IMG/VR virus record: IMGVR_UViG_3300025141_012428
Location: 1 to 64,000 of that record
Source: a virus
Lineage: Duplodnaviria; Caudoviricetes
Direction: 5' to 3' (one strand)
Length of the DNA stretch: 64,000 nucleotides
Each line of letters begins with the position of its first letter. Within the stretch, counting starts at the first letter, position 1. Shown piece after piece: positions 1 to 8,994 of this stretch. Under the pieces are notes generated by a model. It made no database searches and was not told where the DNA came from. It saw nothing but the letters and a program-made list of their open reading frames with translations. Position numbers and translations under genes: made by a program.

Positions 1-690
1 CTGGTAGTTCGGGATCAGCTGGAACTACTGGTAGCTCTGGTAGTTCAGGTAATTCTGGTTCTTCCGGTACATCTGGTTCGTCAGGCGCAAGTGGTAACTC
101 TCAGGGTTCTGGTAACTCAGGGAGTTCTGGCTCTAACGGTAGTTCAGGGTCATCTGGTGCAAATGGTAATTCGGGTAGCTCAGGAAACTCTGGTAGTTCA
201 GGTAACTCTGGTGGTTCTGGTTCCTCAGGTAATGCTGGTGCTTCTGGTAGTTCTGGCACTACTGGCAGCTCGGGATCAGCTGGAACTACTGGTAGCTCTG
301 GTAGTTCAGGAACATCTGGTTCGTCAGGCGCAAGTGGTAACTCTCAGGGTTCTGGTAACTCAGGGGGTCATGGCTCTAGCGGTAGTTCAGGGTCATCTGG
401 TGTAAGTGGTAATTCGGGTAGTTCAGGAAACTCTGGTAGTTCTGGAAACGATGGCGGTTCTGGTAATAGCGGCGGTAGCGGCAGCTCTGGTAGTTCTGGC
501 ACTACTGGCAGCTCGGGATTAGCTGGAACTACTGGCAGTTCTGGTAGCTCAGGAATCTCTGGTAATTCAGGTACGTCTGGTTCTTCTGGCAGTTCTGGTA
601 GTTCAGGTAACTCTGGTGGTTCTGGTACCTCAGGTAATTCTGGTCCTTCTGGCAGTTCTGGTAGTTCAGGTAACTCAGGTAACTCTGGCA
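1..690 (+). repeat. Gly-X-Ser triplet coding repeat (9-bp units within 243/261-bp higher-order units)
   Basis: The anchor ggatcagctggaact occurs at 12 and 273, with a variant at 516. Confidence 0.9.
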
Positions 691-2141
691 ACTCAACCTC
701 TAGTTGCTATGCTGGTTATTCTGGCGTTAAAGGTAGAAGTACCGCTACTGATCTTCACCTGAGGAACGTTGACACTTGCGTCCCCGGCGCTTGTTGTTCT
801 GTGTATATTGGTGCTTGTGCTCGCACAAACTATGGAACAGGGGCAGGTAATGATGTGGGGAGTGTCTATGTAGGAAGTCAAATGGGCTGCTTTTCGACAT
901 GTTGTATCAGCAATAATGTTATAATAGGAAGTCAAGCGGTCTTGGCTTGCGGCATGAAATTTATACAAAGAAATGTTTTCTTAGGGCACGGAATTTACAA
1001 TAAAAGCGGGTATAATGGATGTTATGGGGTGTGCTCTTCAGTCATAATAGGAAGCAAAGCTAGAGAGTGCGGGAACGGGTGGTGTGAGAGACAAAATGTT
1101 TTTGTTGGGCATTGTGTGGCTGCATGTTCTTGTGCGTATGGAGATGTATCAGACAATGTAATCATAGGTCGTTATGCGGCGCAATGTCTAAAATGCGGTG
1201 TGATGCAGAGCGTAATAATAGGTCATTGTGCTCGTAGGGTTAATACGTGCGCGACCGAGGGGAGTTCGAGTTTTGGTGTGTATGTTGGCGGTTGTGTTCT
1301 TCACTCCGCACGAGTAAACGTAGCTGCTTCTGTGTATATAGGTACATGTGCTGGTGCGGGTGTTTCCGCGCCTACTGACGGTAGTGGTGGGTCAAGTGCC
1401 GATAATGTTGTGGTAGGCTATCAAGCCGGAGAACATAATTTAGGGAATTATAATGTATTTATTGGTTACAAAGCGAACTGTAGAACAGGGTACACGCAAT
1501 TAGAAGACGGAGAACGTAATGTTATAATAGGGACCTGTGCTAATGCAGTTTGCACCTCAATGTATAAAATATGTTGTAGCGTCATAATAGGAAATAAAAC
1601 TTATGCAGGCGTTTGTGGAGCGTGCAATGTTATAATATTAGGTCATTGCATTCAGGGTAATGCCGCTCATAATCGAGCTTATTATGGTGGAAAAAGTGGC
1701 TTTATATCTAATTTTTATCTATGTGGGTGCATAGTCAAGTCTTCGGGAAGTTTCGCTATACCTCATCCTTCTCCAAAGAAATATGGAAAATGGCTAAAGC
1801 ATTCTTTTGTAGAAGCTCCTACCGCAGGCGACAATCTGTATAGGTGGGCTATTAATACTGATAATTGTAAACATTCAATAGAGCTGCCTGACTACTATAG
1901 ATATTTAAATCATAATAGTATAGTTAAGATATCTTCTGTTGGTCATTTCGGAAAAGCATATGGAAAAGTAAGTGAAGACGGAAATTATTTAAATATTTGT
2001 TCAAATCAAGATGGTAAATATAATGTATTAGCTATCGCAACAAGATGCGACGAGCTTATTACTAAAGGTATTAACGGAAAAACATTTCAACTTGAAGAGG
2101 ATATGAAGGATAGGGATATCGAGGAGTTTGGAGTTAAATAA
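1..2141 (+). CDS. Fibre/adhesin-like virion protein 1 (5'-truncated): Gly-X-Ser repeat stalk, Cys-rich N/V-x-x-IG-x-x-A repeats, conserved C-terminal F-x-I-x-HP...HSFVE-x-P domain
   Basis: The frame of ORF 801..2141 stays open back to base 3 through the GSS/GNS/GTS triplets, so GTG 801 is not the start. The C-terminus (FAIPHPSPKKYGKWLKHSFVEAPTAGDNLYRW) is homologous to the next two genes. TAATG overlap with the next gene. Confidence 0.75.
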   Translation, partial: GSSGSAGTTGSSGSSGNSGSSGTSGSSGASGNSQGSGNSGSSGSNGSSGSSGANGNSGSSGNSGSSGNSGGSGSSGNAGASGSSGTTGSSGSAGTTGSSGSSGTSGSSGASGNSQGSGNSGGHGSSGSSGSSGVSGNSGSSGNSGSSGNDGGSGNSGGSGSSGSSGTTGSSGLAGTTGSSGSSGISGNSGTSGSSGSSGSSGNSGGSGTSGNSGPSGSSGSSGNSGNSGNSTSSCYAGYSGVKGRSTATDLHLRNVDTCVPGACCSVYIGACARTNYGTGAGNDVGSVYVGSQMGCFSTCCISNNVIIGSQAVLACGMKFIQRNVFLGHGIYNKSGYNGCYGVCSSVIIGSKARECGNGWCERQNVFVGHCVAACSCAYGDVSDNVIIGRYAAQCLKCGVMQSVIIGHCARRVNTCATEGSSSFGVYVGGCVLHSARVNVAASVYIGTCAGAGVSAPTDGSGGSSADNVVVGYQAGEHNLGNYNVFIGYKANCRTGYTQLEDGERNVIIGTCANAVCTSMYKICCSVIIGNKTYAGVCGACNVIILGHCIQGNAAHNRAYYGGKSGFISNFYLCGCIVKSSGSFAIPHPSPKKYGKWLKHSFVEAPTAGDNLYRWAINTDNCKHSIELPDYYRYLNHNSIVKISSVGHFGKAYGKVSEDGNYLNICSNQDGKYNVLAIATRCDELITKGINGKTFQLEEDMKDRDIEEFGVK

Positions 2142-5100
2142 TGGCTAATCTAAAATCCACGACCGTATATGGCCCGATGACTGTTAAGGTTATCGACGAA
2201 GATACATCTCTAACTAATTACTTAGTCCTTGACGGGACAACAGGAGAAGTCTCTAAGAGAAGCGGTACAGCTGGATCCTCTGGTAGTTCTGGTTCATCCG
2301 GTAGCTCTGGTTCATCTGGTAGTTCTGGTAACTCTGGCAACTCTGGCTCCTCTGGTTCGTCAGGCGCAAATGGTAACTCTGGTGGATCTGGAAATACGGG
2401 GAGTTCTGGCTCTAACGGTAGTTCAGGGTCATCTGGTGCAAGTGGTAATTCGGGTAGCTCAGGAAACTCTGGTAGCTCAGGAAACTCTGGTAGTTCTGGT
2501 TCCTCAGGTAATGCTGGTGCTTCTGGTAGTTCTGGTACTACTGGCAGCTCGGGATCAGCTGGAACTACTGGTAGCTCTGGTAGTTCAGGAAGCTCTGGTA
2601 GTTCAGGAACATCTGGTTCGTCAGGCGCAAGTGGTAACTCTCAGGCTTCTGGTAACTCAGGGAGTTCTGGCTCTAGCGGTAGTTCAGGGTCATCTGGTGC
2701 AAGTGGTAATTCGGGTAGCTCAGGAAACTCTGGTAGTTCTGGAAACGATGGCGGTAGTGGTACTTCTGGTAGCTCAGGAAGCTCTGGCAGTTCGGGATCA
2801 GCTGGAACTACTGGTAGCTCTGGTAGTTCAGGTAATTCTGGTTCTTCCGGTACATCTGGTTCGTCAGGCGCAAGTGGTAACTCTCAGGGTTCTGGTAACT
2901 CAGGGAGTTCTGGCTCTAGCGGTAGTTCAGGGTCATCTGGTGCAAGTGGTAATTCGGGTAGTTCAGGAAACTCTGGTAGTTCTGGAAACGATGGCGGTAG
3001 TGGTACTTCTGGTAGCTCAGGAAACTCTGGTAGTTCGGGATCAGCTGGAACTACTGGTAGCTCTGGTAGTTCAGGTAATTCTGGTTCTTCCGGTACATCT
3101 GGTTCGTCAGGCGCAAGTGGTAACTCTCAGGGTTCTGGTAACTCAGGGAGTTCAGGGTCATCTGGTGTAAGTGGTAATTCGGGTAGTTCAGGAAACTCTG
3201 GTAGTTCAGGTAACTCTGGTGGTTCTGGTTCCTCAGGTAATGCTGGTGCTTCTGGTAGTTCTGGCACTAGTGGCAGCTCGGGATCAGCTGGAACTACTGG
3301 TAGCTCTGGTAGTTCAGGTAATTCTGGTTCTTCCGGTACATCTGGTTCGTCAGGCGCAAGTGGTAACTCTCAGGGTTCTGGTAACTCAGGGAGTTCTGGC
3401 TCTAGCGGTAGTTCAGGGTCATCTGGTGCAAGTGGTAATTCGGGTAGTTCAGGAAACTCTGGTAGTTCTGGAAACGATGGCGGTAGTGGTACTTCTGGTA
3501 GCTCAGGAAACTCTGGTAGTTCGGGATCAGCTGGAACTAATGGTAGCTCTGGTAGTTCAGGTAATTCTGGTTCTTCCGGTACATCTGGTTCGTCAGGCGC
3601 AAGTGGTAACTCTCAGGGTTCTGGCAACTCAGGGAGTTCTGGCTCTAACGGTAGTTCAGGGTCATCTGGTGTGAGTGGTACTTCTGGTAGCTCAGGAAAC
3701 TCTGGTAGCTCAGGTAACTCTGGTTATTCTGGTACCAGCGGCAGTAGCGGTAACGCTGGTTCCTCTGGTAACAGCGGCGGTAGCGGTAACTCTGGTGCCT
3801 CTGGTAATTCAGGTGACTCAGGGTCATTTGGTTCTAACGGTAGTTCTGGCAGTTCTGGTAGTTCAGGAAGCTCCGGAATTTCCACAAACCATGGTACAGA
3901 CTATTTTATTACTTACGGTAAAGTAGATGGCTCGAGTAATGTTAGTGCTGTATGCACAGGTTTTCATTTTGGCCAAGCTCATAACGGCTATAATTTATCA
4001 ATAGCGACTAGTACCTTTAATAGCCATAATGCCCTTTGTGCTTGTGTGAGGGGAAAATTTCAATGTAGCGCTTGTAGTTTTTATCGCAACACTTGGGTAG
4101 GTACATTTTGGTCTACTTTTAATGGTCCGACCAAAGGAACTTACGATAATACAGTTATCGGTAGTGTTGCTGGACGGATGATAAAGAACGGCTCCGATTG
4201 TATTCAGCGTAATGTTATAATAGGATCGCAGGCGATGGGCGAATGTTGTTGTAAGCCGTGCATCGCTTGCGTCGTTGATCAGGTAGTTATTGGTCAGTTC
4301 GCGAACGGCTGTAAGTGCCTACAACCCCAACCCGGCTCAGTGGTGATAGGTGCCTATGCTAATGCAGGCGGGTGTCATACTGGAGAAGGGGAAGTAATAA
4401 TAGGGGGCTTCGCAGGTCGATGGCGTTATCCTTATCAAAGTACACCAGTGACAACCAAGGGCCAAATTTATATAGGAGCGCTCTCAGGGATGTATGCTTA
4501 TTCTAATGCAGATTGTAATTCAATAGGCATAGGGTACTCAGCTGGGTGGTACAAGGGAGGAGGAAGTAATAATGTTGCTATTGGGTTCTGTGCAGGGTAT
4601 AATGCATGTTCTCCTTGTGGAATGAGCGTAGCGATAGGTGGCTATGCATTAGGCAACAGTGGATATCGCTCTGTTGCGATGGGCTACTATGCCTTGGGTA
4701 GTTCAGCACAGCAGGAAAGTGCGGTTGCTGTTGGTGCTTACGCACTCGCAGCCATGGGCAAGGGAGCAGCTGCGAGCCACAATATAGCCTTAGGGTATTC
4801 GGCTGGTCGGTGTTATAACGGGGGCTGTAATTGTTATGGTGGTAATTATAATATATATATCGGTATACTTAGCAAACCTTCAAGCTATAATCATAATTGC
4901 CAAGTTGTTATTGGTGCTTATGCCATCGGAAATGGAAGCGGCACTTTCACAGCGGGAGCATCAACCAATAATTATAGTTATTTTTGTGGGGCTTTTGTTA
5001 AGTCTTCTGGTTATTTTAGAATAACACACCCCAACCCAAAAAAGAAAGACAAGTTCCTATATCATTCTTTCGTTGAGTCTCCAACAGCGGGAGATAATAT

Positions 5101-5422
5101 ATATAGGTGGTCATTTAATGTTTGTGGCTGCGAACACCGCTTTAAACTACCAAACTATTATAAATATTTAAATGAATGTAATATGGCTTGGGTTTATCCT
5201 GCTGACCATTTTGGGGAGGGACACGCAAAGCTAGATGAAGAAAAAGAAAATTTAATAATAAAAACAAATAAAGATGGACATTATAATGTTTTAGTAATAG
5301 GTACAAGATGTGATGCTGCTGCTGTCAAAGCTTGGACTGGCATAGAAGTAGACATGGACAAATCAGAAATAGAGGGAAACTATGATAAAAATAGGCAAAT
5401 TTGCTCTTTAACTACTGCATAA
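2141..5422 (+). CDS. Fibre/adhesin-like virion protein 2 (1093 aa), paralogue of its neighbours
   Basis: Short N-terminus (MANLKSTTVYGPMTVKV) similar to paralogue 3, about 540 aa of G-X-S triplets, Cys-rich IG-x-x-AG repeats, and C-terminal FRITHPNPKKKDKFLYHSFVESPTAGDNIYRW. Confidence 0.75.
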   Translation: MANLKSTTVYGPMTVKVIDEDTSLTNYLVLDGTTGEVSKRSGTAGSSGSSGSSGSSGSSGSSGNSGNSGSSGSSGANGNSGGSGNTGSSGSNGSSGSSGASGNSGSSGNSGSSGNSGSSGSSGNAGASGSSGTTGSSGSAGTTGSSGSSGSSGSSGTSGSSGASGNSQASGNSGSSGSSGSSGSSGASGNSGSSGNSGSSGNDGGSGTSGSSGSSGSSGSAGTTGSSGSSGNSGSSGTSGSSGASGNSQGSGNSGSSGSSGSSGSSGASGNSGSSGNSGSSGNDGGSGTSGSSGNSGSSGSAGTTGSSGSSGNSGSSGTSGSSGASGNSQGSGNSGSSGSSGVSGNSGSSGNSGSSGNSGGSGSSGNAGASGSSGTSGSSGSAGTTGSSGSSGNSGSSGTSGSSGASGNSQGSGNSGSSGSSGSSGSSGASGNSGSSGNSGSSGNDGGSGTSGSSGNSGSSGSAGTNGSSGSSGNSGSSGTSGSSGASGNSQGSGNSGSSGSNGSSGSSGVSGTSGSSGNSGSSGNSGYSGTSGSSGNAGSSGNSGGSGNSGASGNSGDSGSFGSNGSSGSSGSSGSSGISTNHGTDYFITYGKVDGSSNVSAVCTGFHFGQAHNGYNLSIATSTFNSHNALCACVRGKFQCSACSFYRNTWVGTFWSTFNGPTKGTYDNTVIGSVAGRMIKNGSDCIQRNVIIGSQAMGECCCKPCIACVVDQVVIGQFANGCKCLQPQPGSVVIGAYANAGGCHTGEGEVIIGGFAGRWRYPYQSTPVTTKGQIYIGALSGMYAYSNADCNSIGIGYSAGWYKGGGSNNVAIGFCAGYNACSPCGMSVAIGGYALGNSGYRSVAMGYYALGSSAQQESAVAVGAYALAAMGKGAAASHNIALGYSAGRCYNGGCNCYGGNYNIYIGILSKPSSYNHNCQVVIGAYAIGNGSGTFTAGASTNNYSYFCGAFVKSSGYFRITHPNPKKKDKFLYHSFVESPTAGDNIYRWSFNVCGCEHRFKLPNYYKYLNECNMAWVYPADHFGEGHAKLDEEKENLIIKTNKDGHYNVLVIGTRCDAAAVKAWTGIEVDMDKSEIEGNYDKNRQICSLTTA
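2261..3877 (+). repeat. Gly-X-Ser coding repeat with 243-bp period
   Basis: The anchor ggatcagctggaact occurs at 2552, 2795, 3038, 3281 and 3524, all 243 bp apart. Confidence 0.92.
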
Positions 5423-5425
5423 GAT

Positions 5426-8400
5426 ATGGCTGATTTAAAGAAAACAACCGTGCATGGAAAGATGACAGTAAAAGTGCTGGATACCAGCACTGACGCTAAC
5501 TATCTTGTTATAGATGAAACCACAAAAGACAAAGGTTTAATTCATGTTACGACAGATAGCGCCTCTGGGAGTTCCGGGTCTTCTGGCTCTAGCGGTAGTT
5601 CAGGGTCTTCTGGTGCCTCTGGGAATACTGGATCTAGCGGTAGCTCTGGTAGTTCTGGCACTAGTGGAAGCTCGGGATCAGCTGGAACTACTGGTAGCTC
5701 TGGTAGCTCAGGAAGCTCTGGTAGTTCAGGAACATCTGGTTCGTCAGGCGCAAGTGGTAACTCTCAGGGTTCTGGTAACTCAGGGAGTTCTGGCTCTAGC
5801 GGTAGTTCAGGGTCATCTGGTGCAAGTGGTAATTCGGGTAGTTCAGGAAACTCTGGTAGTTCAGGTAACTCTGGTGGTTCTGGTAACAGCGGCGGTAGCG
5901 GCAGCTCTGGTAGTTCTGGCACTACTGGCAGCTCGGGATCAGCTGGAACTACTGGTAGCTCTGGTAGTTCAGGTAATTCTGGTTCTTCCGGTACATCTGG
6001 TTCGTCAGGCGCAAATGGTAACTCTCAGGGTTCTGGTAACTCAGGGAGTTCAGGGTCATCTGGTGTAAGTGGTAATTCGGGTAGCTCAGGAAACTCTGGT
6101 AGTTCAGGTAACTCTGGTGGTTCTGGTTCCTCAGGTAATGCTGGTGCTTCTGGTAGTTCTGGCACTACTGGCAGCTCGGGATCAGCTGGAACTACTGGTA
6201 GCTCTGGTAGTTCTGGTAATTCTGGTTCTTCCGGTACATCTGGTTCGTCAGGTGCAAATGGTAACTCTCAGGGTTCTGGTAACTCAGGGAGTTCAGGGTC
6301 ATCTGGTGTAAGTGGTAATTCGGGTAGCTCAGGAAACTCTGGTAGTTCAGGTAACTCTGGTGGTTCTGGTTCCTCAGGTAATGCTGGTGCTTCTGGTAGT
6401 TCTGGCACTACTGGCAGCTCGGGATCAGCTGGAACTTCTGGTACATCTGGTAGTTCAGGAACATCTGGTTCGTCAGGCGCAAGTGGTAACTCTCAGGCTT
6501 CTGGTAACTCAGGGAGTTCTGGCTCTAGCGGTAGTTCAGGGTCATCTGGTGCAAGTGGTAATTCGGGTAGTTCAGGAAACTCTGGTAGTTCAGGTAACTC
6601 TGGTGGTTCTGGTTCCTCAGGTAATGCTGGTGCTTCTGGTAGTTCTGGCACTAGTGGCAGCTCGGGATCAGCTGGAACTACTGGTAGCTCTGGTAGTTCA
6701 GGTAATTCTGGTTCTTCCGGTACATCTGGTTCGTCAGGTGCAAGTGGTAACTCTCAGGGTTCTGGTAACTCAGGGAGTTCAGGGTCAACTGGTGTAAGTG
6801 GTAATTCGGGTAGTTCAGGAAACTCTGGTAGTTCTGGAAACGATGGTACTTCTGGTAGTTCTGGAAACGCTGGTACTTCTGGTAGCTCAGGAAACTCTGG
6901 TAGTTCGGGATCAGCTGGAACTACTGGTAGCTCTGGTAGTTCAGGAAGCTCTGGTAGCTCAGGGAATTCAGGGTCAACTGGTGTAAGTGGTAACTCTGGT
7001 GCTTCTGGTAACTCAGGGAGTTCTGGCTCTAGCGGTAGTTCAGGGTCATCTGGTGCGAGTGGCAACACAGGGAGCTCTGGCTCTAACGGTAGTTCAGGAA
7101 GTTCAGGTAGCTCTGGTACTTCTGGTAGTTCAGGTAACTCTGGTGGTTCTGGTACTTCTGGTAATTCTGGTACCTCCGGAACCTCAGGAGCGGCAGGAGC
7201 CACTGGGTCAACTATAACTCAAGCTTGCATGAGTACGAGCATCAATAACCTTGGAATAGGATGTGGTTGTGGATCTACTTATGCAGGAGGAGCTTGCTTA
7301 CAATCTTGGGGGACGTGTAGCGTATATATTGGTGGTTATGCGGGTCAATGCATGGGTCAATCCTCAAACTCCCCTAATAGCAACACTTTTGTAGGTTGGA
7401 ATATTGCAAATAACCTAAGTAGTTGCGCTTGTCAAAATGTTATGATAGGCGGGAACGTTTTCGCTGGCTCGAGAACTATGTGCTCAATATATAACACTTT
7501 TATTGGCTATGGTGTAATGTGCAATACAACATCCTGTAACCAATATTTATGTGCAATGGTTAATATAGGTGCTCATGCAGGAAGGTGCGGGAACAATCAA
7601 AACGTGGACACGAATATTGGGGCTTGCGCAGGTTTTTGCCAATGTACTAATTGGGGGAGAGTAACAATAGGCCATAAAGCGAACTTTTGTGGTAGGGGCA
7701 ATACAGGTAATACTAGTATTGGTGCGTTCGCGGGTTGCTGTGGCTGGTGGACTTACTATGCAACAAACGTAGGTTACATGGCTCAAGGACGGGGCGGTTA
7801 CGCTTGTTACTCTGTATCTGTGGGTTATCGAGCCATGTGTAGCTCTTATGTAGCTAGATTTTCGACAGCTATAGGAAGGTGCGCTGGGTGGTGTAACTAT
7901 TACGGTTATTACAATACGTTCATAGGTGCATATGCGGGGATGTGTACCGGGAGTTATGGGTGGAACTCAGGGTGCGGTAATGTAGTGGTAGGTTGGTGCG
8001 CTGGAAAGTGCGCAAATGTTAATTACCCGCTTAGGTCTGCATGTAATAATGTATATATAGGGGCTAGTGTTAGAAGTGGAGCGGGCTCTAACTGTTCTCC
8101 TAGGTGTGAGTGGGTTATTGGCACCAATGCCGTGGGTAATGGAACTGCGACTATGACGTTTGGAAATAGCAGCATAAACTGCACGTGTATGTGCGGAGGA
8201 GCCGTCAACAAAGGTAGTGGGTCTTTTAGAATAGTTCATCCCAACCCTAAAAAGAAAAATAAATGGTTATATCATTCTTTCGTCGAGTCACCTAATGCAG
8301 GAGATAACGTTTACCGGTGGTCAGTAAATGTTTCTGACGGCTGTTGTGTTATGAAACTTCCAGACTACTATAATGACCTAAACGAGAACAGTATGGCTTG

Positions 8401-8569
8401 GGTAAAGCCGGTAGATCATTTTGGCTCTGCCTATGCCGAAGTAGACGAAGGACAGAAAAATTTACATATTTGCTCTAATCAAGATGGATGTTACAATATA
8501 TTGTTAATTGGTTCTAGATGTGACAAACATGGAAAAGAAAGCTGGAGAGGCACAGAGAGAGAAAAATAA
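5426..8569 (+). CDS. Fibre/adhesin-like virion protein 3 (1047 aa)
   Basis: Same architecture as paralogues 1 and 2: N-terminal MADLKKTTVHGKMTVKV and C-terminal FRIVHPNPKKKNKWLYHSFVESPNAGDNVYRW. Confidence 0.75.
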   Translation: MADLKKTTVHGKMTVKVLDTSTDANYLVIDETTKDKGLIHVTTDSASGSSGSSGSSGSSGSSGASGNTGSSGSSGSSGTSGSSGSAGTTGSSGSSGSSGSSGTSGSSGASGNSQGSGNSGSSGSSGSSGSSGASGNSGSSGNSGSSGNSGGSGNSGGSGSSGSSGTTGSSGSAGTTGSSGSSGNSGSSGTSGSSGANGNSQGSGNSGSSGSSGVSGNSGSSGNSGSSGNSGGSGSSGNAGASGSSGTTGSSGSAGTTGSSGSSGNSGSSGTSGSSGANGNSQGSGNSGSSGSSGVSGNSGSSGNSGSSGNSGGSGSSGNAGASGSSGTTGSSGSAGTSGTSGSSGTSGSSGASGNSQASGNSGSSGSSGSSGSSGASGNSGSSGNSGSSGNSGGSGSSGNAGASGSSGTSGSSGSAGTTGSSGSSGNSGSSGTSGSSGASGNSQGSGNSGSSGSTGVSGNSGSSGNSGSSGNDGTSGSSGNAGTSGSSGNSGSSGSAGTTGSSGSSGSSGSSGNSGSTGVSGNSGASGNSGSSGSSGSSGSSGASGNTGSSGSNGSSGSSGSSGTSGSSGNSGGSGTSGNSGTSGTSGAAGATGSTITQACMSTSINNLGIGCGCGSTYAGGACLQSWGTCSVYIGGYAGQCMGQSSNSPNSNTFVGWNIANNLSSCACQNVMIGGNVFAGSRTMCSIYNTFIGYGVMCNTTSCNQYLCAMVNIGAHAGRCGNNQNVDTNIGACAGFCQCTNWGRVTIGHKANFCGRGNTGNTSIGAFAGCCGWWTYYATNVGYMAQGRGGYACYSVSVGYRAMCSSYVARFSTAIGRCAGWCNYYGYYNTFIGAYAGMCTGSYGWNSGCGNVVVGWCAGKCANVNYPLRSACNNVYIGASVRSGAGSNCSPRCEWVIGTNAVGNGTATMTFGNSSINCTCMCGGAVNKGSGSFRIVHPNPKKKNKWLYHSFVESPNAGDNVYRWSVNVSDGCCVMKLPDYYNDLNENSMAWVKPVDHFGSAYAEVDEGQKNLHICSNQDGCYNILLIGSRCDKHGKESWRGTEREK
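5564..7209 (+). repeat. Gly-X-Ser coding repeat with 243-bp period
   Basis: The anchor occurs at 5675, 5936, 6179, 6422, 6665 and 6908 (spacing 261, then 4 x 243). Confidence 0.92.
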
Positions 8570-8588
8570 AGAAAATTTTGTTTTTTAG

Positions 8589-8603
8589 ATGTAATTATAG
8601 TAT
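8589..8603 (+). promoter_or_regulatory. Putative late promoter motif (ATGTAATTATAGTAT)
   Basis: RTGTAA core shared with six other + strand intergenic gaps. Followed by AAGGA and ATG 8623. Confidence 0.6.
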
Positions 8604-8622
8604 AAACTAAAGGAATAATAAA

Positions 8623-8994
8623 ATGGCCCTAAAGAAAACAGTAATTTATAAAGAAGCGGGAGATATTGAGCTTACAGATGCTTACCATAGGATAGAGGAA
8701 GTTAACATTGGCTATGCAAACCCCGCTCATCCGTCTGGTGACGTCAACATGAACGCAGAAGATACCATTCGTGAAGAGTGTCGCGTGAGTGTGCAGGTTT
8801 TTGCTAACTCCGGAGTAAGGCACGATATGGCCACTCCTATCATGGGGTATCAATTTGAGTTCCCCATAGCTAGCTTAGGCACGGTAGTAGACCAAGAAAG
8901 CCTTTTTGCTTCAGCTTATAGCTATATTAAAACTGGACAATTAAGCCAAAACCAAAGCGATACGGTTTTCTATAGTGGGGCAGTAGATGTTTAA
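8623..8994 (+). CDS. Small phage protein, possibly a fibre-associated or assembly factor (123 aa)
   Basis: ORF with an AAGGA RBS directly after the fibre cluster. The function is inferred from position only. Confidence 0.5.
   Translation: MALKKTVIYKEAGDIELTDAYHRIEEVNIGYANPAHPSGDVNMNAEDTIREECRVSVQVFANSGVRHDMATPIMGYQFEFPIASLGTVVDQESLFASAYSYIKTGQLSQNQSDTVFYSGAVDV

Noticed and set aside
1-7209. Repeats as a CRISPR array or DGR template/variable pair
   Set aside because: The repeats are in-frame coding triplets with no unique spacers or adenine-specific variation. No cas or reverse transcriptase gene is in the window.
91-7217. Val/Leu-rich + strand ORFs and (PEL)n minus-strand ORFs over the fibre genes
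   Set aside because: They are shadow frames of the Gly-X-Ser codon repeat, which lacks stops in other frames, and they have no independent expression signals.
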